NCBI RefSeq assembly: GCF_011386835.1
Contig: NC_088800.1
Location: 86,676,001 to 86,740,000 of the forward strand
From: Chrysemys picta bellii
Taxonomy: Eukaryota
Direction of reading: 5' to 3'
DNA: 64,000 bases
The first letter of the stretch is position 1; each line of letters starts with the position of its first letter. Below are positions 23,101-32,300 of the stretch, in pieces. Below the pieces are notes generated by a model. That model was not told the DNA's origin. It was given only the letters and a program-made list of their open reading frames with translations, and did no database searches. A program made the translations under genes and the position numbers.

Positions 23101-26100
23101 GCAGGGGAAATTATTAGTTAGGTAATGGCACTTCTACTCGAATACTTCACTCAATGTCACCCGTTTAAAACAGCAGGAATTCCCTGGGCACTGCCTATAG
23201 CTGAGACTTGGTAGAAAAGTTGGCGGAGTCTGCTCTCAGGACGAGACTGGTATTGTGCAAAGTCTTGCCATGGGGGCTCTGCCTTTCTCTTAAGAAGGTC
23301 CCCTGCTCTGTGTTGGCACTGAGCAGGTGTGGAGGGACCCTCCAGTGTCACTGTTTCCTTGTCTGCGATGAACAGCAGTGATACTAGCTCTCCATGGGAG
23401 TGAATGCATGATGCCAGTGTTGGGTTATTTTGCAGGGAATCAGATGGGCAGGACGCTGGAGGAGCTGATCTTGGAGTTTGATGTGGGCAGAATTACCACC
23501 CACTCAGCCCTGCTGGATCTTGACAAACTCCCAGAATTCAACAGGTATGACAATTGGGTGTAGCACCTTATTCATCTCCAACCAACTCTAAAAATTGCCC
23601 TCCGTGTACTTAGCTTCACCTGATGACTCAGTCCACCTGGTCCCCTGGTTTGCTATTCCATTCATGACCTCTTCTCTGTATTCTCCACTGTTGGGGTTCC
23701 TCTCTCCCTTGAACGCCCCTCCATCTACTGAAAAGCAAATAGTTTTCCAACAGCTCCATATATGCGTCCTGCCCATTGCACCCAATGGAAGGTTCAGCGC
23801 AATTGCTCCCTTCCTCTTTCAGCTGATGGAGCAAGGCCCTGAAATCCACCATTTTGCAAATGGATCCCAAATGGGGGGAATTGACCCAACCACCTAATCA
23901 CACTAGCATTCATGTGCCAGGAGCTTGGATACTATGGTGGTGGTCATGGTAGAAAGCTTAGCTAGATGGGCCATGTTGCAAGGAGAATACAAGGACTTAA
24001 GTCTGGGTGAGAAATTACTTTTAAAAAATCATCATTATTAATGATGTACCTCTGTGAAGTGCCCCACCTTCTCCCAGAGCCGTGTATTGAGGACTATTGA
24101 ATATTTGCACTCACTGTAATGTGGATTTTTCTAAATGATTCTATGGGTTTATTTTGTAAACCTTGTATAATGATGTTCATTAGTCTAAGTCTAAGCCAAA
24201 GAGGTCTATAGTCATTGGGATGGTTCTGTTTTCTGTGCAGGATTCACCTGATCCAGCAGATTGGAGATGAGAGGCTACGACGAAAGCTGGTGATGGAGCT
24301 GCAGATGCAGGTGGAGCAGGTCTATGGCAATCGGCTTGTGGACAGAGAGGTTCTAGAGAAGGATTATGTGGAGCGAGTCCTCCTACTGAGAAAAGTATGA
24401 CAAGCGTTAAAGCTGTAGTGCCCTTTGGGAGAGGAATAGAGGGTGGGGAGGGCAGAAGCTCTACAGGTAACCCAGCTGGGTTCTGGGCAGGTCTAGAACT
24501 TGAGCTCTGAAGCTCCAAGCCCTCGCAAACAGTGAGAGGTCCTATCCTGGCAGTTCCAGGTACCTGCATCCCTGCCTAATGCCAAAATGTGGAGCTGTGG
24601 AGTCAGTCCAGGTTGCAGGTACGACACTCCAAGCATCTCCACTATCTTTGCAGACCTGTGTGTCTATGCAGAATGACCTTGCTGGGTAGTGAGCAGCCAT
24701 TTGTATCACCAAACCCACCATCACAGATGGTGGTCTCAACAGAGAGACCAAGGACTGAATGGGCCTTCTCTTGCCCCAGGAGGTTGGTTATCTCCAGGGC
24801 TTGGCAGTTGGAGAAGCTTGCCTATCTTCTGCCTGTTCTGGGGCTAAATGGCGAGAGCATGTGTCCAACGATGTCAGTGTGGTACTTTGTGGTTAAATCA
24901 AAGGGGTTCCTTAATTCAGAGCCCTGATCTAAAAGGAGGTGGCAAAGCAAGGGCTGAGGGGGAGAAGAGGAGATGATGGCCCTGCCTAATGCTACATGAG
25001 CAAGACCACCTGGTTTCCTACACTCCAGCCCCATGAGATCACTGCAGGTTTAGGGGTCACTGCACATCTTGCTCTAGAAAGGCAAGAAATACCGTGGCTC
25101 TTGAAAATGTGGTTTCACTCTGGCAGCAAATACAAAATTACTCATGTGACTTCCTGCTTCTGCCCTCAGTGAATCAGCGAGTGAATGTGGCGGGAGCCAT
25201 TTGTAGAGTCCTGCTCTGACTCAGCCTGCTTGCTCTACCGCTGGCCTCTGACCCTGACTCATTGTTGCCCAGCACTTACATTGTCATTTACGCCAGTGGA
25301 AAGTGAGTGTAAAATGCGACACAAGCCAAGTGTCAGCATTCTGCCCTCTGAACTGGTGAGAGTGCAGAGCAGTGGTGAATGACATCTAGCTGGAAATAGA
25401 TTTAATCTTTTCTCTCCCTCAGCTGCCTTGACAGCCCTTCTTTCCATCCCGCAGGGTCACATAAGCCATCTGAAGAACTTGGTGGCGCCTGAATATTCTT
25501 TCTTATGGGTCAGGCCCTCAGTGTCCCGAGAGCAGCTGCAAACCATTTCAGCAGAAGTAGATGAGATAGGAAAGCTGGTCATAGGGTAAGTTTTTCAGAT
25601 CTCTGGCATCATTTTATAATCCCTTGCCTATTGGAGCTAACTGTTTTTCTGGTGCTGCTGAGTTAGTGCTTAGTCTCCTAAAAGCAATAGTTTGCTTGTA
25701 TGCAAAAGGGTCATTTGGGGCAGCTCCTACTGTCAACAGGAATTCCTCACTTCCATGTGTCACTAGACTGAGAGGGCATCTTCTCTCCCAAAGGCTGATG
25801 GAAGGGCAGACTGCTGCTCTGACTACAGAAGGGTTAAATGAAGACCTGAGAGGCCTACAGGAGCAGATAAGAGGGACCACGTACAGCAGCATGATGAAAC
25901 TCCTCCGGTTGGCCCTCAGTGGACAGCAGGTAAAAGCCATTTGAAGTTGAGACCTTCCCATCCAGTGATAACAGCCTGCTCTCTGGTCACAAGATTTAAC
26001 ACCGAAAAGCCTATGCCACGAGAGAACTCGCCCTGGTTTTTAACAATCATTTTGGACCAGTGGAGGAATTTATTGTTGGTTACATTATGAACCATGACAC

Positions 26101-26793
26101 ACACAAGAACCCAAAAGCTAACAATGCCTCTTACAAACAAGCCAGCTGCCTTTCCAACCACACTGTGCTAATGTGAAAAAAGCTCCTTGGCAGAGAGGGA
26201 TGCTAAGAAAGGCAAGAGGTACCAAGCCATCCCCCTAGAGTTGCAAACCTGTGGTTGGAAAGGCAGCTGGCTTGTTTGTAAGGGGCGTTGTCAGCTTTTG
26301 GGTCCTTGTGTGTCATGGTTCATAACATAACCAACAATAAATTCCTCCATTGGTCCAAAATGATTGTTAAAAACCAGGGCGAGTTCTCTCGTGGCATAAA
26401 TCCTCTGAGTTTGATGGCGCTACCCCAGCAGAGAAGTTGGCCTGATGTTGGGGACTTTTCTTCCCAGACGACAGAACCAGAGTCTTATATTAAATTTCAG
26501 GATATTTTAATCGCAGGTGACTGACAACTCATCATTCAGTCATCTCCAGTATAGAGTGATACAGACTTGTACCCACTGGATGTTACCAAAGGAGAAACAT
26601 AAAAAACTCCAACTTCTGATAGCGTTGTGATGAGCGCAGTGTGGGAATGTGAGTAGAACAACAGAGTGCTGGCTTTCACTTGTGCAATGTCTTTTGTGTG
26701 TGTTTTCAGCACGGACCAAGCGTTGCTGAGATGATGGTTTCCTTGGGACCTAGAGAAGTGTGTGAACGGATAAAGAAGGCACTCTCCAACTAG
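17031..26793 (+). CDS. EARS2: Mitochondrial glutamyl-tRNA synthetase EARS2, complete; join(17031-17175,19309-19464,20953-21142,21628-22100,23436-23544,24241-24394,25455-25585,25794-25929,26710-26793) = 1578 nt, 525 aa
   Basis: [25 protein letters not shown] (HIGH motif), [35 protein letters not shown] (KMSKS-type). Arg-rich N-terminal presequence. All phases consistent. Confidence 0.96.
17806..18076. mobile_element. Degenerate Harbinger-type MITE
   Basis: ggctttgtatacatac ... gtatctaaacaaggcc imperfect TIRs. Confidence 0.5.
19309..19464 (+). CDS. EARS2: EARS2 exon 2
   Basis: [34 protein letters not shown]...DWA. Confidence 0.96.
19969..20096 (-). mobile_element. Penelope-like element (PLE) pseudo-LTR fragment with 10-bp TSD
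   Basis: ttcagagtagcagccgtgttagtctgtatc...gtggcaccttagagactaacaaatttattagagcataagctttcgtggactacagcccac; AGAAGATGGT repeated at 19959-19968 and 20097-20106. Confidence 0.88.
20053..20092 (-). ncRNA. Minimal type I hammerhead ribozyme motif (PLE-associated, variant core)
   Basis: Minus strand GCAU-CCGAAGA-A-GUGGG-CUGUAG-UCCAC-GAAA-GCUU^AUGC: 4-bp stem I, stem II, GAAA, palindromic AGCU stem III; U4 replaced by C. Confidence 0.7.
20385..20751. mobile_element. hAT MITE
   Basis: TIRs caggggtggccaaac / gtttggccaccgctg; 8-bp TSD CTATAAAC/CTATAAAT. Confidence 0.9.
20953..21142 (+). CDS. EARS2: EARS2 exon 3
   Basis: [26 protein letters not shown]...[13 protein letters not shown]. Confidence 0.96.
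21400..21560 (-). mobile_element. CORE-SINE (MIR-like) remnant
   Basis: acagaacgaggggctgaggcatagaggtgaggtgacttgacccgag...gagctgagattggaactcagg; boundaries approximate. Confidence 0.6.
21628..22100 (+). CDS. EARS2: EARS2 exon 4
   Basis: RYDNRCR...[14 protein letters not shown]...KLSKRQGD...NCGSGFA. Confidence 0.96.
22337..22466 (+). mobile_element. LF-SINE-like relic (EARS2 intron 4)
   Basis: gagtccagttcctagtgggcag...tctcagcagagagg...gaggtggcccctcca resembles the recalled LF-SINE 3' half. Confidence 0.55.
23436..23544 (+). CDS. EARS2: EARS2 exon 5
   Basis: [15 protein letters not shown]...[15 protein letters not shown]. Confidence 0.95.
24241..24394 (+). CDS. EARS2: EARS2 exon 6
   Basis: [17 protein letters not shown]...[10 protein letters not shown]. 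Confidence 0.95.
24705..24799 (+). mobile_element. LF-SINE-like relic (EARS2 intron 6)
   Basis: ccaccatcac...ggtctcaacagagagaccaaggactgaatgggcc; shares words with 22337-22466. Confidence 0.55.
25455..25585 (+). CDS. EARS2: EARS2 exon 7
   Basis: [28 protein letters not shown]... Confidence 0.95.
25794..25929 (+). CDS. EARS2: EARS2 exon 8
   Basis: GLMEGQ...[16 protein letters not shown]. Confidence 0.95.
26012..26398. repeat. Foldback element: ~150-bp inverted arms (26012-26162 / 26250-26398) with 87-nt spacer
   Basis: Hand alignment of the arms: 7 substitutions plus one 2-nt indel; outer ends are TA. Confidence 0.92.
26710..26793 (+). CDS. EARS2: EARS2 exon 9 (stop TAG)
   Basis: [27 protein letters not shown]. 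Confidence 0.95.
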   Translation, partial: HGPSVAEMMVSLGPREVCERIKKALSN

Positions 26794-27075
26794 CAAGAAG
26801 CTTCCTAGAGGGAATGGCTCCAGCAGACAGCACTCCCCTTCAGATACGCCGAGCCCCATGTGTTCTTCAGTACCCTGGCCTAAATTCTGTGGTCACAGTA
26901 TTTTCAGAGGAACTGGGCCTTATACCGTGCTGAATTTGTGAGAGTGCCATCAGCACACTTGCAGATCTCTGTGTGTCTTCATGAGGCATAGCCTAGTTCA
27001 TATAAGGGGTGCAACTGAATTCAGATTCAAACCTGCTTCAGTGTCTTCATCTCATGGGACCAGGCTGGCATTCAG

Positions 27076-27163
27076 AATGGGATATGGAGTCCTTCATCTT
27101 AACTGTATGTTCAAGTCTAGCTTGGCAGTGACTGAAAGTGGTTACTTCTGATGGCTGTTTGAT
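27076..27163 (+). mobile_element. LF-SINE-like relic (EARS2 3' UTR region)
   Basis: aatgggatatggagtccttcatc...gtgactgaaagtggttacttctgatggctgttt resembles the recalled LF-SINE 5' half. Confidence 0.55.
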
Positions 27164-27773
27164 TTCCCATAAGCCACCAGCGTGGTGATCTCATTTTGGA
27201 GCTGTGTCCACATGACCCAGAAACCATCACAGCTGATTCTAATTAGCCCCCAATTGGCAATATGAGCAGAGAGGTCACATGTAAATGGGCAATGTAGATT
27301 TGATCTCCTTAGCCATACAAAATGCCCTTCCAGGTCTGGCTTGATGCATGTTGGTGGGGACTGTTGTGTGAAAGAAGTGTACACTTTCCACTGTCTCTGG
27401 TCTGTGGGTGACTCGAGGACCTTTCTTTCTAGCACTGTAACCTGCATTTTTCATGAATACTTAATTCTACTTTTTAAAGAAGTCCCTGATGTTTTTGTTT
27501 TTGAACTGGACTGAGGAAAAGATAACTAACAGCCGTTTCGGTGCTAGAATATCACAGTGCACATTGTCATTTCCAGTTAGCAATTTGATTTTTAAAGCCC
27601 CTTTTTTTGGACAAATGCACTTTCATTCTGACATGAAATTGGGATGCAGGATCCTTTCCTTGCAAGTAATCTTACCTGCCTCCCCACAAACCCCGCCCCA
27701 TTAACGCAGCAGAGAAAACGGGCACATTTGTACAACTGTCTAAATGTGAAGTGAGTGTGTAACTCTTTCCTAT

Positions 27774-27779
27774 ATTAAA
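27774..27779 (+). terminator. Candidate EARS2 polyA signal ATTAAA
   Basis: Variant hexamer ~1 kb after the stop, followed by GT/T-rich sequence; use inferred. Confidence 0.35.
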
Positions 27780-28717
27780 AATCTGTAAATGTTTTACTGT
27801 GGCCTTCTCTCAGCAGTTTGAGTGCATTTGAGGTGGGGAAGTGTCCAGGTCATTCAAGAACTGTACATTGGCACTGCTTGGTTTCACGTGTAGTAAGTTC
27901 TCTATAAACCATGGGATAGGTTGGGAATTGAGTGATCCGAGTGAGCATGTGTATTGTGTTGTGTAAGAGACTATACAAAAATACTGCTTGAAGTCCTGAT
28001 TTGAAATTTGACCTGCAAAATGTTTAAATGTGAATATGATGCTGGGTGATGAGACCAGAAGGCTCTGGGGATTCTTATTAATCAGTTTTCAGAAGGGTGG
28101 GTAGTAGCTTTCTCTCTGGAAATATTGGATTATCATGGATAGGTGCTTTCTAGGGAACATCAAGCTACTGTGTGCTCCCCCTCAATGTCCAAGTGTTGCA
28201 TTTTAAACATATGCGAGTTTACTTGTGGATAAATAATGATGGGCCCCATTTTGTTCTGAAGTCAACACAAGCGTAAGTGCGACAAATTGAATATAGTAAC
28301 GTGCAAAGTCTGGAACTCGGTTGGGTGTATCCCACAGATTTAACACTTGCTCCTTAGAGCACTGATGGTCACTCAAACATATTCCAAAACTATGCTCAGA
28401 TCTGAGCTGTATGTTCCCTGTTAAGCCGTGGGAGAAGTGCACTTTTAGTCCATCAGCAAAGGAGGCTCATGGAGTCGAGGTGGTTGGGAATGTTCCACCT
28501 TCAAAGTATGGGGCTCTCAGCTGGGGAAGGGGTGCCGTGTGTGCTGTCATGGACACAGGTTTTACTTGTGGTTTGCGAATCATTAGATTGGGGGCCAAGG
28601 GGGGTTGCAAATTTCCATGTGCCCTCCCTGCTGTAATGGCGGGGTGAGGGAAGTGCAGACCTTAGCTCCTGTGCGGCTGGAGCTGGTGGGGAGTGCAGCT
28701 CCCAGCATATGCTGGCC

Positions 28718-28819
28718 TAGGGGGACCAGATGTCCCGATTTTTGGGTCTTTTTCTTATATAGGCTCCTACTACCCCCCCCCCCCTCCTGATTTTTCACAT
28801 TTGCTGTCTGGTCCCCCTA
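28718..28819. mobile_element. Short hAT-type MITE (TAGGG(T/G)GACCAGA termini)
   Basis: tagggggaccagatgtcccgatt ... tgtctggtcccccta; TSD not recognisable. Confidence 0.75.
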
Positions 28820-28839
28820 CCTGAGCTGGCCCGGGGAGG

Positions 28840-29350
28840 GCAGGTGGACCGAGATAAAGCCCTGCAGTGGGGGCCTGAGCTTAACAGAGGGCACCTGTGG
28901 GCCAGAGCTGAGGGGCGCCGGTGTATCTCGTCTGTTGTACACGGCGCTGGCTCTGGCCCTCGGCGGTGCTGGGCTGCTGTGGGATCCCCATTGCAGCGGC
29001 CGGTCCCAGCCCCTTGCCTGGCCCAGGCGGGTGTTTTACCCGCTGTGTAAACGGGCTTGTGCCCCTCCCCAGAGGCGGCTGCCCGTGGGGGCGGGGACCC
29101 TGTAACCCCCCGGCCGGGGCCGGGCGCTCGGGAGCTGATCGCCGCGGCGCTGGGCGGAGCAGGGGGCCCGGCCTGGCCCGTCAGGCGCCGCCTCCCTGCG
29201 CCGCGGCTGCGTCAGCGGCGGGGCCGGGGCCGGGGCCGGGCCGGGGCGGGGTCGCTGTCTCCGGCCGGGCCGGGCGAGGCGCCATGGCTGAGGCGGGCCT
29301 GGGGGCGCTGGAGCAATTGCTCCGTGAGTAGCGGGCCGGGCCGGGGCTGG
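28840..29350 (+). promoter_or_regulatory. GGA2 CpG island / promoter
   Basis: CpG-dense, GC boxes, GGGGCC run at 29220-29251, ATG at 29284. Confidence 0.8.
29284..29323 (+). CDS. GGA2: GGA2 exon 1
   Basis: gccATGg Kozak; MAEAGLGALEQLL; C|gtgagt. Confidence 0.88.
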
Positions 29351-32300
29351 GCCCGGGGAGTGGGTGGGTCGGACAGACGGACTGGGGGTGCCCCGGGGAG
29401 TGGGCGGGTCGGACACTGGACTGGGTGCCACGGGTAGTGGGTGGGTCGGACACATGGACTGGGTGCCCCGGGGAGTGGGTGGGTCGGACTGACGGACTGG
29501 AGGTGCCCAGGGGAGTGGGTGGGTCGGACACCGGACTGGGTGCCCAGGGGAGTGGGTGGGTCGGACAGACGGACTGGGTGCCCCGGGGAGTGGGCGGGTC
29601 GGACTGACGGACTGGGTGCCCCGGGGAGTGGGCGGGTCGGACTGACGGACTGGAGGTGCCCAGGGGAGTGGGTGGGTCGGACACCGGACTGGGTGCCCAG
29701 GGGAGTGGGCGGGTCGGACTGACGGACTGGGTGCCACGGGGAGTGGGCGGGTCGGACAGACGGACTGGAGGTGCCCAGGGGAGTGGGTGGGTCGGACACC
29801 GGACTGGGTGCCCAGGGGAGTGGGTGGGTCGGACTGACGGACTGGGTGCCCCGGGGAGTGGGTGGGTCGGACTGACGGACTGGGGGTGCCCCGGGGAGTG
29901 GGCGGGTCGGACACTGGACTGGGGGTGCCCAGGGGAGTGGGCGGGTCGGACACACGGACTGGGTGCCCAGGGGAGTGGGTGGGTCGGACTGACGGACTGG
30001 GTGCCACGGGGAGTGGGCGGGTCGGACAGACGGACTGGGTGCCACGGGGAGTGGGCGGGTCGGACTGACGGACTGGGTGCCCAGGGGAGTGGGTGGGTCG
30101 GACAGATGGACTGGGTGCCACGGGGAGTGGGTGGGTCGGACTGACGGACTGGGTGCCCAGGGGAGTGGGTGGGTCGGACAGATGGACTGGGTGCCACGGG
30201 GAGTGGGTGGGTCGGACTGACGGACTGGGTGCCCAGGGGAGTGGGTGGGTCGGACACATGGACTGGGTGCCACGGGGAGTGGGTGGGTCGGACAGACGGA
30301 CTGGGTGCCACGGGGAGTGGGTGGGTCGGACTGACGGACTGGGTGCCCAGGGGAGTGGGTGGGTCGGACAGACGGACTGGGTGCCACGGGGAGTGGGTGG
30401 GTCGGACTGACGGACTGGGTGCCTTGGGGAGTGGGCGGGTCAGGCGGACGGACTGGGTGCCCCGGGGAGTGGGTGGGTAAGGCGGACGGACTGGGTGCCC
30501 CAGGTGGTTGCAGGTTCTCTACAGAATTGGCTGCCCGCCTGGTTTTCCATTGCCCCGCACATCAGGGAGGCCTGGGCAAAATGAGCTTGGCAAAGGGGGT
30601 TGACAGTCGCTGCCCTGCAGCGGGTAGAGCTCCAAGTACGTCTCACCAAGAAGGCGCTGGGCAGAGCCTCCTCTTGAGGAGCAGACCCTGACAGTCAGTC
30701 ACTCCTGGGTAAACCCCTTTGGCTTCACTGGAGTTATGGTGGGATGAAGTTTGCCTAGTTAGCTCCCCCTTTGCTCATCTCCATAGCAGGAGACAAATAA
30801 CAGCGTTCTGTCTTGTGTGTCGGTCTGGGAGAGCAGGCACTGTCTCAGCGCTTGTCTACATTACCGCTTACGTCAATGTAACTTACGTCGCTCAGGGGTG
30901 TGAAAAAGACACACACCCCCGAGCAACGCAAGTTACAGCGACCTAAGTGCTGTCCTCACCAGCGCTATGTTGCCGGGAGATGCTCTCCGCTGACATAGCT
31001 TCCGCCTCTCATGGAGGTGGAGTAATTATGCCGATGGGGAGAGCGCTCTCCCGTCAGCGTAGAGCATCTTCACCACACGCTACACCAATGGTAGTGTAGA
31101 CTAGCTCTCAGCTAGGCGCCGAGTGCAGCACTCCCTGGAAGGGTCACCATTTCCAAACAACAAGTAACTGCTCAGGCAGAGACCGTCTGAGCAGGCTGCC
31201 CAGAGCAGAATGAGGAAGTAGCACCTCATCTTGTGTTTTCGGTTCAGGGTGACCAGGGAACAGCTCAGTAATGGGAAAAGGCTTCTCAGACCTGCCCTAA
31301 ACTATCTACCTAGGGCCAGGAATTAAATACTAGGACCCAGGGAGAAATAGTAAACTAACGATGTATCAATTTGGGGCTTTTGGCTAGCTTAGAATGAGGT
31401 GCAAACTGCTGCACAGCCCACGTCACAGCAGACAGTCAAACAGCAGCTACAGCTGAATATTTGATTTTAAAATTCCATTAGTTGTTTGTGGGGCTAGTTT
31501 TCAAAGCTGTCTAAGTTTTCCTGTAACACCTAGCACAGACCTTGGAGGTGAAAGGCCAGCATTTTAAACCACAGCTAGAGCAAGACCTGTGGGTGTAAGT
31601 TTGTTCAAGCAACTACTAATCAAAGTGTAGTCACAGTGGTGTTACCCAGAGGCTGTGTTATTCTGCAAATATTGCCTGTCTCACTAAGTTTCAGGTTGTA
31701 AAATGCAGCCTTGTGCTAAGGCATTTAGCAACACCACTCTGCAAATACCTGGCTCCCTGGGACTGCTGCTGTAATGAAGGGGCAACGTGTTTGCTTGGTC
31801 ATCTTAAGCCATTTGGTTTTCACACACATCCCCCAGAAACCTGAGTCAATCCCACAGTTATTGTAAACCTGAGTCACCCATGAGCCCTGCAAAGTGTAGC
31901 TGTGAGCAGTTTGCACTGGAAACAATTGTGAGGAGATGTAACAAATGAAAAGGTCTCACACTTGATTGTTTATATATGGAGATATACCTATTTCCTAGAA
32001 CTGGAAGGGACCCTGAAAGGTCATTGAGTCCAGCCCCCTGCCTTCACTAGCAGGACCAAGTACTGATTTTGCCCCAGATCCCTAAGTGGCCCCCTCAAGG
32101 ATTGAATTTACAACCCTGGGTTTAGCAGGCCAATGCTCAAACCAAGTTTATGTAGGCTGAGTTGTATGCCTGGCTTGGCCCCACAGGGTGGTCTGACCGG
32201 AGTGGGGGCAAAGGGCCCACCTGCTGGAGGGATGCAAGAGGCTTTCAGCAGCCTACTGTCCACTAGAATCAGGCTCATGGAATGCCTGTGTTTTGCTGCA

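Noticed and set aside
25916-26524. Two ORFs on opposite strands sharing the peptide HN(V/I)[23 protein letters not shown]
   Set aside because: A consequence of the inverted repeat at 26012-26398, not a duplicated gene
29036-30480. Long ORFs (407, 376, 391 aa and others) on both strands
   Set aside because: They translate the stop-poor 38-bp minisatellite in GGA2 intron 1; repetitive low-complexity peptides with no sign of a real gene
29355-30501. CRISPR-like array
   Set aside because: Units are contiguous with no unique spacers, there are no cas genes, and the context is eukaryotic
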